From positions 1 to 64,000 of the IMG/VR virus record IMGVR_UViG_3300034198_024209: a stretch of DNA of 64,000 nt, one strand, 5' to 3'. Positions 9,488-18,811 of this stretch are shown here, one piece after another. A program made the translations under genes and the position numbers. This stretch comes from a virus. Position 1 is the first letter of the stretch, and each line of letters starts with the position of its first letter. The notes beneath the pieces were generated by a model that saw nothing but the letters and a program-made list of their open reading frames with translations, was not told where the DNA came from and made no database searches.

Positions 9488-9917
9488 CGATGCTTTTCTT
9501 GAGTTAAATTCAATGCTGTTTTCTAATGAATCTGTAATTGAAAATTACGAAACTCTATATGGTAGATTTAAATTTATATTTGACTGCTCAGATGAAAGAT
9601 CATTTGAAATAAATAAAATTTCAGATATTTTTTATAAAAGCTGTAAGCCAGCGCCTAGTCATCCATCCTTTAAAGATTTATTTTTACATAGATGTGAAGA
9701 GGTGCTAGAAAAATATACAAGTTATGTCTCCAGTGTCTCTCAAATTGCTCTTGTGCATATGAACCCAACACACGATTCTTTATATATATGCGTAAGCGAC
9801 GAATTCAGCGATAATGTGCATGTACCCCATATAAAGATTCCTGGTCAAACAGTGGAGAGTAGAGATGGAATAATAATTTTTCCGTTTAAAAATTTTATAG
9901 ATAATTTTAATTTATGA
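9324..9917 (+). CDS. Hypothetical protein (start uncertain, probably downstream)
   Basis: ORF bridging recA and the resolvase, ATGA-type overlap with next gene. Confidence 0.55.
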   Translation: MKQDSAMYSPHREYLHQADQMMGDNKMMKLRRKAATIISSKMKLGIPPKSLANSDDAFLELNSMLFSNESVIENYETLYGRFKFIFDCSDERSFEINKISDIFYKSCKPAPSHPSFKDLFLHRCEEVLEKYTSYVSSVSQIALVHMNPTHDSLYICVSDEFSDNVHVPHIKIPGQTVESRDGIIIFPFKNFIDNFNL

Positions 9918-10402
9918 ATAAAATATGGATAGGGTGGGATAATGGTATAGGAAATATAAGTGCCGTATGGGAAGACAAACTAGCGGACTATAGAATAACT
10001 CCGGTTAAAAAGTGTTTAAATTACACAAAAAAAGTTTCATACATCAATAGGCTCGATAGAAACAAGTCAAAGGATTTAATTTTATCCTGGATAGATGGAT
10101 ATCTGCCTGTTATATGTATCGAAAGACCAATGGTTAATCCTGGAAGATTTAAAGCTACCGCCTCTGGGCTTAGAGTTCTTGAGGCCCAAGAATGTTTAAT
10201 GGAGGATTTATGCTTGCCATATAGATTTATAGACTCTAAAGAATGGCAAAAAGTTATGCTACCAGAAAACATAAAAGGCCCAGAAACCAAGACAGCTTCT
10301 CTTGCTGTAGGCAAAAGGCTTTTCCCACACCTATCCGAAAAATTTAAAAATGATGCAGATTCGCTTCTGATAGCTGAATACATGAGAAGAAAAAATTTTT
10401 AA
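9914..10402 (+). CDS. RuvC-like Holliday junction resolvase
   Basis: IGWDNG, CIERP, EWQK, DADSLLIAEY catalytic pattern. Confidence 0.8.
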   Translation: MNKIWIGWDNGIGNISAVWEDKLADYRITPVKKCLNYTKKVSYINRLDRNKSKDLILSWIDGYLPVICIERPMVNPGRFKATASGLRVLEAQECLMEDLCLPYRFIDSKEWQKVMLPENIKGPETKTASLAVGKRLFPHLSEKFKNDADSLLIAEYMRRKNF

Positions 10403-10405
10403 TTT

Positions 10406-10777
10406 ATGAAAGATCTAAACTTATTAAATAACTTTTCTGAGTCCGAAAAAATTCCAAATTTTTTGATGTGCATAGACGAAAACGACATTGAATATGTTTT
10501 ACATTCTGGATCTTATCCATGCTTAGTTAGAATAAATGGAATAGCAAATGAAGAAGAAGACGACGAAGACGACGAAGACGATTACGGGGGTATTGGCTTA
10601 ATTGACGAAAATAAATTAGATCAAATTAAAGATTCATTTGTTTTTGATGTAGAAGTCTTTAAAATAACTGAATTAGGTTTAAAGCCGATGGGTATAGAAA
10701 GATCTTTAAGCTCGGTAAAAGATTTAATAAAAAGATCTATTGATTATTATATTGAACAACAAGAAGAAAATGAATAA
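10406..10777 (+). CDS. Acidic hypothetical protein
   Basis: ORF with poly-D/E tract. Confidence 0.6.
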   Translation: MKDLNLLNNFSESEKIPNFLMCIDENDIEYVLHSGSYPCLVRINGIANEEEDDEDDEDDYGGIGLIDENKLDQIKDSFVFDVEVFKITELGLKPMGIERSLSSVKDLIKRSIDYYIEQQEENE

Positions 10778-10788
10778 AGTATAAAAAT

Positions 10789-11475
10789 ATGTCTAAAAAG
10801 AAAAATAAAAATCAAAGTGAACAAGTTGAAGAATCTATAGATTCTGCTTCAACTGAAATTGCGATCTCAGAGGAATCTGTGGCAGAAAATCCTGAAACTA
10901 CCGAAACCGTGGTTGATGAGATTAACACAGATAAAATCGAAGACGAACCCAAGCAGGAGCCAACAGCCGCAAGCGACCTAGATACTCAGGAGATAAAACA
11001 GGAGGAACCTACAGCTCCAGAACCAACTCCAGAACCAGCTCCAGAACCAACTCCAGAACCAACTCCAGAACCAACTCCAGAACCAACTCCAGAACCAACT
11101 CCAACTCCAGAACCAACTCCAGAGCCAGCTCCAGAGCCAGCTCCAGAGCCAGTCAAGCAAATCGAAAAACAAGATGAAAAAACTGGAGACCTTGAACATA
11201 TAGCTAAAGCTATACTTAAGGCTGACAACAATTTGAATACAAGTTTTATAAGCTTTAACAGGGGAACACGATCACTACTAATCAAACAATCAGGTGGAGT
11301 ACATTGTTTTTGTCGTGTCGTACCTAGAAGCAGAAGTCACAACGGGCAGGAGTGGGAAGCAGAGTTCTTAGGCAATATTCCTCCACAAATTCACTCAAAG
11401 CTGGTTAAAATATTAAAAGACATAGGAATCCCTGATTCAAAGAGATTGTTTTTTAATCCATCTGGTTTGCTGTAA
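10789..11475 (+). CDS. Hypothetical protein with PEPT/PEPA repeat linker
   Basis: ORF track; Pro-Glu-rich centre. Confidence 0.7.
   Translation: MSKKKNKNQSEQVEESIDSASTEIAISEESVAENPETTETVVDEINTDKIEDEPKQEPTAASDLDTQEIKQEEPTAPEPTPEPAPEPTPEPTPEPTPEPTPEPTPTPEPTPEPAPEPAPEPVKQIEKQDEKTGDLEHIAKAILKADNNLNTSFISFNRGTRSLLIKQSGGVHCFCRVVPRSRSHNGQEWEAEFLGNIPPQIHSKLVKILKDIGIPDSKRLFFNPSGLL
11014..11151 (+). repeat. 12-bp coding tandem repeat (CCAGAACCAACT variants)
   Basis: About 11 copies seen directly. Confidence 0.9.
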
Positions 11476-11499
11476 ACGATAAAAAAACAATACCCCCTT

Positions 11500-11531
11500 A
11501 AAAAGGAGCACTATTTCGTGCTCCTTTTTTT
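11500..11531 (+). terminator. Intrinsic terminator (possibly bidirectional)
   Basis: AAAAAGGAGCAC-TATTTC-GTGCTCCTTTTTTT. Confidence 0.8.
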
Positions 11532-11628
11532 GTTGTGACGGAAAAATGCCATAGTTTTTCCGTCTATAGGGGGGTCTTAATTATTTGCAATAATAAACCA
11601 TAATAATATGTAAGTAATTTACTTACAT

Positions 11629-12630
11629 TTGTTAACAACCAACAACAATAAAATAAATAACAAAACAGTGCAACAAACGCTGACACAATCCGTGACCCAC
11701 GGAAAAACGGGGTCATTAATAAATGTCATACCGCAGCAAAATAAAACTCAGTCAACAATATTGCCTGAGGAGCAAACACAAATTGGTTTTGCCATAAAGC
11801 AGGGTGGTATAACCAAGGCTGCTTGTTACAAGGTGAGGAACGGTGTTGCAAGACTCATGGGAGCGTCTTGCGGTAATCTTCCTTTCATTGTGAACAGAGC
11901 AGAACAAGCTAGTATAAACTGGGCTACGGCAGCATTGCCGTTGCCACATGGAAGCTATATAGCCCCAAATGGAGGTAGCTGTATTCAAGGCCGAAAGGGT
12001 GTCGTGAATAAAGCAACGATGCCCGTAAAAAATCTTGCGACATTGACGCAAGAATTGTTTCGGCAACCCCCAAGAGATAATAAGTTAGAGTTGTTTGGTC
12101 TTGATAGTGCGGTCCAAGAAAAGACGGACGGATGTGATAAAGTGACCTTGAAACTTGGCAAGATGAAAGCTTGTCTGTTTACTAGGTTTCTTACAACTCT
12201 GTACGGCCCGTCGCCGGAAACGGCTGGACTATTTAAAAATATCATGAACTCTTTAAGGTTCACTGATGATCAAACATTAAAGATGAATCTAGTGAAGCTA
12301 TACAATTGTATAGAAGAACACGTAGATAAAGGAGTAAGTTTTTCGACATCGTTGGTTAGGTCTAAAAACTTCAATGCTGCACGGCAACGTGACAAGCTCC
12401 TAAAGATTGTATCGTTCTTGCCAGAACTTGCTGGCTTAGACGATCAATCATTCATCGAACTATACAAGGTTAATAATACCAAGGAACAAATTCCACTTAT
12501 CAGTGTCGTGGAAATTAATTACCCTGTGGTAGTCAGTAAGTCAGATGTCGGCGAAAATTTTTGCTTTCCTTCGACGTGGACAAAGTCACCGTTTGAAGTA
12601 AGTCAAAAAGGTGAATCGGAAACCTTTTAA
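11629..12630 (+). CDS. Hypothetical protein (start uncertain; GTG 11668 possible)
   Basis: 333-codon ORF, no motif recognised. Confidence 0.65.
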   Translation: MLTTNNNKINNKTVQQTLTQSVTHGKTGSLINVIPQQNKTQSTILPEEQTQIGFAIKQGGITKAACYKVRNGVARLMGASCGNLPFIVNRAEQASINWATAALPLPHGSYIAPNGGSCIQGRKGVVNKATMPVKNLATLTQELFRQPPRDNKLELFGLDSAVQEKTDGCDKVTLKLGKMKACLFTRFLTTLYGPSPETAGLFKNIMNSLRFTDDQTLKMNLVKLYNCIEEHVDKGVSFSTSLVRSKNFNAARQRDKLLKIVSFLPELAGLDDQSFIELYKVNNTKEQIPLISVVEINYPVVVSKSDVGENFCFPSTWTKSPFEVSQKGESETF

Positions 12631-12668
12631 AAATCCGAAAACAACTAAACTAAAACAAAAAAAATAAT

Positions 12669-13040
12669 ATGCTTAGTCACGCGACAAACACAATCAGTAA
12701 ATATGCAGCTCAACACGGACCAATTGTAGGCAAATACGCTCTACAGATTGGAACAACTACAGTGAAAACAGCTATTGGAGTTGCTAGTACCATAGTGGCA
12801 GTTACTGCAGGTATCAATCTAGCCTCAAAAGCGGTAGAGGGAGCTGGTAAGCTCCGCGAACGCTTTAATAAAAAACGTGCCGACCAAGAGCTAGAGAAAC
12901 TTCGCACATTCGCTGTCTCAGAAGAAACCACTGTAACCAGTGAAGCAGTGACAGAGAGTGCCCCATTCAGAATGTCAGAAATAAAATCTATATTCGAAAA
13001 GATAGTCGGCAAACCGGTGGAAGCAACAGAAACTAAATAA
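12669..13040 (+). CDS. Hypothetical protein with hydrophobic helix
   Basis: A-rich leader; TAIGVASTIVAVTAGI segment. Confidence 0.6.
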   Translation: MLSHATNTISKYAAQHGPIVGKYALQIGTTTVKTAIGVASTIVAVTAGINLASKAVEGAGKLRERFNKKRADQELEKLRTFAVSEETTVTSEAVTESAPFRMSEIKSIFEKIVGKPVEATETK

Positions 13041-13114
13041 CAGCCAATATGCGTATATACTATAGAGTTTAACTTTATAGTATATACGCGGAGGGCGTTA
13101 AGATAACTCAAGAT

Positions 13115-13138
13115 AAAACGCGAATTGCGTTTTTTTTT
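13115..13138 (+). terminator. Intrinsic terminator
   Basis: AAAACGCG-AAT-TGCGTTTTTTTTTT. Confidence 0.6.
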
Positions 13139-13231
13139 GAAAAATAAAAAAAATGTGTAACATATCTATACCTTTGTATTTAATTATTTATTTAAACAAA
13201 TAATTAAAATGCAAAGGTTTAATATTAAAAA

Positions 13232-13894
13232 ATGAAAAAAGAACAATTTATTTTAGCTACTGACTATAAAAGTAGTTTTTTCAGTGCGGTATTCTCTTTC
13301 GAGACAACTATGTCCCCCTTTGATACACTGGATAAGTACGATTTGCTACACGCATATATGGTTGGAGAAATTATAGGAAGATTTGACGACGTGCATGAAA
13401 GCGATTCGACAAGACCTTTTGTAGTTGAACAATTACTTAATCAAGTAAAAGATGTGGTCAAGGGTCTAAAATTTAAGTCCCAAAACAAAAAAATCGAAAA
13501 CTCTTCCGCCGAGATCAGAAAAATTTACCCAATCGAAACAGCTCAGATAGACAAAATGATTGACGATGACACGGGATTTGTTATCGGCTCTTTTTTTGTA
13601 CCAATGATTCTGTCTGATACGCTAAAAGAATTTGACGCTCTTGAAGCAAAAAAGAAGAAAAATCTTTGCCATGTAGATATACAAGGCCAATTTCTAAACG
13701 AGTCTATAAACGCTTTTTCATTGATGTTTGATATGTTTCTAGGCTTAATGCAGCGAAGGGAAGATAAAGACCCTCAAATCACTCAAGAGCTGATATCAAC
13801 AACGGCAAGTCTAATGAAAGAAACAATTGAACTTTCATTTGTATCTACGGGAGAATTTGACGCATATGCGGAACGCAAAAACAAAAAAGCTTAA
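13232..13894 (+). CDS. Hypothetical protein
   Basis: ORF track, A-rich leader. Confidence 0.65.
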   Translation: MKKEQFILATDYKSSFFSAVFSFETTMSPFDTLDKYDLLHAYMVGEIIGRFDDVHESDSTRPFVVEQLLNQVKDVVKGLKFKSQNKKIENSSAEIRKIYPIETAQIDKMIDDDTGFVIGSFFVPMILSDTLKEFDALEAKKKKNLCHVDIQGQFLNESINAFSLMFDMFLGLMQRREDKDPQITQELISTTASLMKETIELSFVSTGEFDAYAERKNKKA

Positions 13895-14525
13895 AACAAA
13901 CAAAATAATTAAAAAAGAAGAAAAAAGAAAAAGAGGTAGGCCACCCAAAAACAAGGAAGCCCAAAAGGTCGTGCCAGTCATCGCCAAGAAAAAAAGAGGT
14001 AGACCACCAAGGTTGAATAAGGAGACAAAGACTAATACTCCACCAAAGAAAAGGGGTAGACCTCCTAAAAATGCAAGCAATCAAGAAAGCAAAACAAAAA
14101 AAGAACACGAAATAAAACAATCGGTTAAATATGAAAACGAGTTTGAAGCAAAATTGTTCATAAACCAAAAACCATCAAGTAAGCAAATAGATGAATACTC
14201 TAATTGGCTGATAAAATATAATGAAGCAGTCACACAAATAAACTTTGAAAACCAAATAAAACAAATAAACTCTCTCCAGAACATATTAAATAAAGTGGTA
14301 GATAGTTCTACCGCTAGTATTGTCATACCTCCCATTTTTGTAACAAAGGGGGATAAAATTACTTTTGTATTGTTTGAGCCATTTGATAGAGGGGCTGAAG
14401 TGATTATTAAATACAAAACGGGATTAGTGCCACCGCATTTGAGCTCGTCTGCAAAATATACAGCAGTGTGTAACAAAATCACTGAGTCTATTCAAAAATT
14501 TGTTCCTGTAGGTGTTTGTTGTTGA
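13866..14525 (+). CDS. AT-hook DNA-binding protein
   Basis: Three KRGRPP motifs in a basic N-terminus; ATG 13866 in frame with the listed ORF. Confidence 0.75.
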   Translation: MRNAKTKKLKTNKIIKKEEKRKRGRPPKNKEAQKVVPVIAKKKRGRPPRLNKETKTNTPPKKRGRPPKNASNQESKTKKEHEIKQSVKYENEFEAKLFINQKPSSKQIDEYSNWLIKYNEAVTQINFENQIKQINSLQNILNKVVDSSTASIVIPPIFVTKGDKITFVLFEPFDRGAEVIIKYKTGLVPPHLSSSAKYTAVCNKITESIQKFVPVGVCC

Positions 14526-14565
14526 AAGTGATGCTTAGTCAAAATAAAATAATTTGAAATTAGTC

Positions 14566-14594
14566 TTGACTTTGAAAAAAAAATCAAGTATCAT
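14566..14594 (+). promoter_or_regulatory. Sigma70-type promoter
   Basis: TTGACT-17 bp-TATCAT. Confidence 0.6.
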
Positions 14595-14600
14595 CCGAAC

Positions 14601-14730
14601 TTGTTCGTTTTTCCCGAAACACGTGTGCCTCCTATTTTTACGTTCCGTTTAGATCCGCGAAGCGGAGATCAACGGACAAGCGAAGCTTGAGTCAAAATCG
14701 GGTGGCAACAGTGTTTCGGGCTAATAACAA
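14601..14730 (+). ncRNA. Putative rod-like structured RNA or leader
   Basis: CCCGAAACAC/GTGTTTCGGG, TCCGTT/AACGGA and apical CCGC-GAA-GCGG; starts just after the promoter. Confidence 0.5.
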
Positions 14731-14763
14731 TGGACTATTTTTAACAACAAAAAAACAAAAAAC

Positions 14764-15567
14764 ATGAAACCGCCAAAACTAGAACAGCTAGAATTGTTTG
14801 TATCAGTGGATCAGTATGTAGACGTAAACATACATGGAAAAGAAGCTATAGATGACTTAAATTGTGAAGAAGCAATAGTTTCAGAGACAGAAATTAATAA
14901 AGGAAAAATACCTGAACAGACTGTTTCATTGGTTTCTCCGATTATGGCTGAAGCGCCGATTATTAATCTTCGTCGTTTTGAAACTATAGTTTCTTGGATT
15001 CCATCAAAAATAAAATTTAATGATCTAATTGAGGATGAATATTTAACTATCGAGGAGCTAAAACTATGGTTATCTAAAGATGATTTATACAGCATTTTGT
15101 ATAAAGACCAGCTAAACGACGTAAACTGCACAGAGTTCTTTACAGAACAGGAAGCAGAAAGATTTGTTGGCGAATTTTTCTATACAGAGCAGGGGCAAGA
15201 ATATCTAATATATAAATGGAGAAAAGCAATTAGGTTGATAAATAGTGAATTGCGATCCAGGATAGGGATCATTAGGTTGGGCAAAAATAGGCTTCCAAAT
15301 ACTCCCAGGGTTTGGATAGGCAGAAGTTCACGTGCCAAGTCTAGCAGAATATTGGTTAAGGCTTTTGACACGGATATAGAGCTTGTATCCGAAAAACTTG
15401 TCAACGCTTTTATAGGAAAAGACGCTTTTGACAAGGCTTGGGATTTTTGCTATCGCGGCGGGACATGGAAAATAATAATTTATGATAAAACAACAGTCAG
15501 CAGAGAAATACCTAAAGTGAATAATGTCTTTTATATAGAGGAGTTTGAGGGGGAAGATTTATTATGA
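14764..15567 (+). CDS. Hypothetical protein
   Basis: ORF track, A-rich leader. Confidence 0.7.
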   Translation: MKPPKLEQLELFVSVDQYVDVNIHGKEAIDDLNCEEAIVSETEINKGKIPEQTVSLVSPIMAEAPIINLRRFETIVSWIPSKIKFNDLIEDEYLTIEELKLWLSKDDLYSILYKDQLNDVNCTEFFTEQEAERFVGEFFYTEQGQEYLIYKWRKAIRLINSELRSRIGIIRLGKNRLPNTPRVWIGRSSRAKSSRILVKAFDTDIELVSEKLVNAFIGKDAFDKAWDFCYRGGTWKIIIYDKTTVSREIPKVNNVFYIEEFEGEDLL

Positions 15568-15809
15568 GTGAAGTAATAACAGAACTAAATGAATTACGGC
15601 AAGATTTAAGGGCCTACTATAAAAAGCTCAAATCAGACACCAAGGATTTAAAAAAAAGATACACAAAACTATCTAAGAGAGTTGCAAAACTCATGGATAA
15701 AACTAACGATCCAGACAAGTTATATGAGCTAGATAAACCAATGTATAAGTGCGATATGGCCTTATACGATATGGAATCTTATCTTTCAGAATGGGAGTAT
15801 TACCATTAA
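15564..15809 (+). CDS. Hypothetical coiled-coil protein
   Basis: ATGA overlap, heptad pattern. Confidence 0.6.
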   Translation: MSEVITELNELRQDLRAYYKKLKSDTKDLKKRYTKLSKRVAKLMDKTNDPDKLYELDKPMYKCDMALYDMESYLSEWEYYH

Positions 15810-15814
15810 TTTAC

Positions 15815-16027
15815 ATGAGTTTGAGATACGAGCAATACGCAAGCATAAACAGAACTAAAAAATTTTTAATTGACGTTGTGCATCTGAAAACTAAATCTAA
15901 AAAACTAGAAGAATTAAAGAAAGAGGCGTCAAGATGTCTAAAGCATTTTCCGTTTCTTACTGAGACAGGTATCCCAATTTGGTCGAATGATATTTTTACA
16001 TCAGAAGACGGTAATCCAACTTTTTAA
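15815..16027 (+). CDS. Hypothetical protein
   Basis: ATG 15815 within the listed ORF. Confidence 0.55.
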   Translation: MSLRYEQYASINRTKKFLIDVVHLKTKSKKLEELKKEASRCLKHFPFLTETGIPIWSNDIFTSEDGNPTF

Positions 16028-16033
16028 TTTAAA

Positions 16034-16264
16034 ATGCCAGAAGAAAAAAATAGGGAAGAATTAATTCAAGAAATTAATAATCTATATACCGGAGTTACTA
16101 TATGCTTGGATGCATTAAGGTCGATATCTTGTCCTATTCGTCCAGATGGAACATATAATAATGACAGGGAGTCTTGTAGAAAAATGGCAATAAAAGCCGT
16201 AAATAAAGCAGAAGAAATAATATACAAAACACAACATGAAATTATCACTGCAACAAATACATAG
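16034..16264 (+). CDS. Hypothetical protein
   Basis: Tight gene packing. Confidence 0.55.
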   Translation: MPEEKNREELIQEINNLYTGVTICLDALRSISCPIRPDGTYNNDRESCRKMAIKAVNKAEEIIYKTQHEIITATNT

Positions 16265-16703
16265 AATTATAGAAACATCTGAAATAGATGACAACACCAA
16301 GAACTCTATCATACAGAACATTAATCAGTATGTTAGAGAGAACCAAAACCAGGGGGTCGATGAGGCTTTGCCTAAACCAGAAAAGTATCCTGTAACCATA
16401 TTGGTTGGAGCGCAAGAAGTATTAGACGCTGTAAACTCGGACCAATTATATGCATATACCGTCATGGTTGCTGAAACAGCAAATCACAACGAAACAATTA
16501 ATGAATTAACTAAAACTTCTGTATCATACAATACCGAAAAGAAGCGTAAAAAAAGCAAAATACATAGATTTACTGACTGCTTTGAAAAACTTAAGTCTTC
16601 GAATCTTGAAGATAACCCCCTCAAGATTTTGACAAAAGAACCGGCGATCATAATAAAAACAGCAAACTTTAGTATTTCTCAGCAAAATGACGCCCAAGGA
16701 TAA
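16236..16703 (+). CDS. Hypothetical protein
   Basis: ORF track. Confidence 0.6.
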   Translation: MKLSLQQIHRIIETSEIDDNTKNSIIQNINQYVRENQNQGVDEALPKPEKYPVTILVGAQEVLDAVNSDQLYAYTVMVAETANHNETINELTKTSVSYNTEKKRKKSKIHRFTDCFEKLKSSNLEDNPLKILTKEPAIIIKTANFSISQQNDAQG

Positions 16704-16941
16704 GCTGCGTTATTTAGTTTATCAAAAAAATATTTTAGGAAAAAAAATTAGTTATACTCCTATTGAAATAGCTATGGGGATCAACGGAGCCACATCAATT
16801 GTTAATCGTTTCCCCAAAAAACAAAGGAAAATGATTGGATATTTTGCTACATACAAAACAGAATTAAAGGAAGAAGAAATCAAAAGTTACACAAAAAACA
16901 AAATATTAGAGAAATTTTCTAATTATATAAATTTTGCTTAA
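16687..16941 (+). CDS. Hypothetical protein
   Basis: ORF track. Confidence 0.5.
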   Translation: MTPKDKLRYLVYQKNILGKKISYTPIEIAMGINGATSIVNRFPKKQRKMIGYFATYKTELKEEEIKSYTKNKILEKFSNYINFA

Positions 16942-17114
16942 CAAATAGGGGGTGGGAAACCACCCCCTATTTTGATCTACATAGTAGAACGAAATGCGCT
17001 CCAAAATAATTGGAGCGTTTTTCGTTTTCACTAATGATGCGATTGGTTTGGATTCACCAAAGTAAAAAATCTCGCCTTGTTTATTGCGACAAATAAACAA
17101 AAAAATAAAATAAT

Positions 17115-17342
17115 ATGAAAATCAAAGTCACCTTCAGTGGATGCGAACATACCCCAGAATTGCCAACTGGATCTACTCTATCATGCATCAAGGGGAATAA
17201 AACGTTGGCATCCAGAATGGGATGGGACGAACAAGGATCTATTGCCTTTATCGTAAATGGAGTGTCCGTACCTGATCAAACCGTTCTCAACGATGGAGAC
17301 TGGATATCCGTTCAGCACAAGGCTCACGAAAAAGCTGCTTAA
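17115..17342 (+). CDS. Ubiquitin-like (beta-grasp, ThiS/MoaD-like) protein
   Basis: MKIKVTF start, FIVNG...LNDGDWISV, short tail HKAHEKAA. Confidence 0.8.
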   Translation: MKIKVTFSGCEHTPELPTGSTLSCIKGNKTLASRMGWDEQGSIAFIVNGVSVPDQTVLNDGDWISVQHKAHEKAA

Positions 17343-17463
17343 TATATAATACTTATATCTACATTTTTGTATAATTGTGTCCACACAGAAGTCTACAGAA
17401 TAGCAATTTAGTTTGTTATTCGTTTTGTGGGGTTAATTGTTCATTTGTTTAGTTAATATAATT

Positions 17464-17502
17464 AGCACTAGCCTCTTTTTGATGGGGCTAGTGCTTTTTT
17501 TT
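17464..17502 (+). terminator. Intrinsic terminator after the Ubl gene
   Basis: AGCACTAGCC...GGCTAGTGCT plus long T-tract. Confidence 0.75.
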
Positions 17503-17540
17503 TCTTCAGTTAAAAAACAAAAAAATAAAATAAAAATAAT

Positions 17541-18407
17541 ATGAAACCATTCTTTGGTGTAACAGAAGATGGAATGATAGTTAGATATGATCCACACGTT
17601 GTAATAAACCCAGACGAGATTCTGGCGAAAATGAACAACAGAGATTTTAGGACTATATTTAAGTATGATAGTTTTTTAATGCCAATACATAGTGCAAGCT
17701 ACATAAATAAACAGTATAAAAAAGTTGCATTTAATTTTTCGATTACCTCTAAAAACTCATGTATTTTTTGGAGTTTCTTGCCGGGACTGCCTTTTGATTC
17801 AGCCTTTAGGATATCCGAAGTGACTCCAGGAAAACTTGGATATACTCCATGTTATGAAAGAACTCATGGAGACAATGCTCCAAGTGATATTGTATCAGAA
17901 CGTTTGTGGTGGGATGTAGATAGTACAAACTGTGTCAATAGTGATTTTGAGCTGCGACCATTAATAGCGATAAACATAGATCACGCAAGTCAGCTGTCTT
18001 CAGTGTTTCTTGTGTTTAATATTTATAATAGAAAAGAAAAAATTACATTAGGTAATTTTTTGCCACCAATTACCAACATATTTAAAGATTGTCGTGTGTG
18101 TATGGGGCACACACACAACCCCTCTTTTGCTGATAAAGAGTTAAATGTGCACGATATTGTGCAGGGCGAGATTCAATGGTTCTTTGAAAGCAAGATGAAC
18201 GGTGATCTTGCACAGGACACCATTGACCGACAAGGAATATCAAATCAATTATTTAGATGGGACGAAAACAAAATGTGTTTGCCGTCGCCTAGACCTGTCC
18301 AGACCATAGTTAACTCTAGGGTCGGAAATTACTATATAGATGGGCTTCCACTTGATGATAAAAATGTTTGCGATCAGATTATGTCCTGCAAGATTTTTTA
18401 TATTTAA
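17541..18407 (+). CDS. Prokaryotic E2-like protein (PRTRC-B/Prok-E2-type)
   Basis: PPITNIFKDCRVCMG matches the P..N(I/V)...G.(V/I)C.G E2 active-site motif; later FFESKMNGDL. Confidence 0.7.
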   Translation: MKPFFGVTEDGMIVRYDPHVVINPDEILAKMNNRDFRTIFKYDSFLMPIHSASYINKQYKKVAFNFSITSKNSCIFWSFLPGLPFDSAFRISEVTPGKLGYTPCYERTHGDNAPSDIVSERLWWDVDSTNCVNSDFELRPLIAINIDHASQLSSVFLVFNIYNRKEKITLGNFLPPITNIFKDCRVCMGHTHNPSFADKELNVHDIVQGEIQWFFESKMNGDLAQDTIDRQGISNQLFRWDENKMCLPSPRPVQTIVNSRVGNYYIDGLPLDDKNVCDQIMSCKIFYI

Positions 18408-18414
18408 TTAAAAA

Positions 18415-18756
18415 ATGAATTTATACCAACAATTACTAAGGGCACCTACGCTTAGTGTTCGCCCCACAGCTGTGCATGGAGATATGGAATCTAGAATTCT
18501 ATCCCTCAATCAAAGTTTATCTGTTTACAGAAAACTGTATGCTTGGTTTCCTGCACCTAGTGCAGTTCATGGCCAAGATGAGGAAATAGAACAAGTAACA
18601 ATTCCAGATGAAGCAACAAGGGATTTATTTTTTAGCCGGATCCTATCTGGACACTTAAAAAGTGAATCCCTTGAATTTTACAACCAGAACAAAAAAGTTG
18701 ATATAGCCGACACAACGGAAGAATTGTTAAATTCTTTGTTCAAAAAATTAGTGTAA
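18415..18756 (+). CDS. Hypothetical protein in the Ubl cluster
   Basis: Between E2 and E1; internal AVHG repeat. Confidence 0.6.
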   Translation: MNLYQQLLRAPTLSVRPTAVHGDMESRILSLNQSLSVYRKLYAWFPAPSAVHGQDEEIEQVTIPDEATRDLFFSRILSGHLKSESLEFYNQNKKVDIADTTEELLNSLFKKLV

Positions 18757-18775
18757 CAAAAAAACAAATAAAAAT

Positions 18776-18805
18776 AGGGGGACTATTGATATAGTCCCCC
18801 TTTTT
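18776..18805 (+). terminator. Terminator-like hairpin
   Basis: AGGGGGACTAT-TGAT-ATAGTCCCCCTTTTT. Confidence 0.65.
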
Positions 18806-18811
18806 CATAAA

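Noticed and set aside
10978-11285. Minus-strand WSWF and GSGV repeat ORFs
   Set aside because: Shadows of the PEPT tandem repeat.
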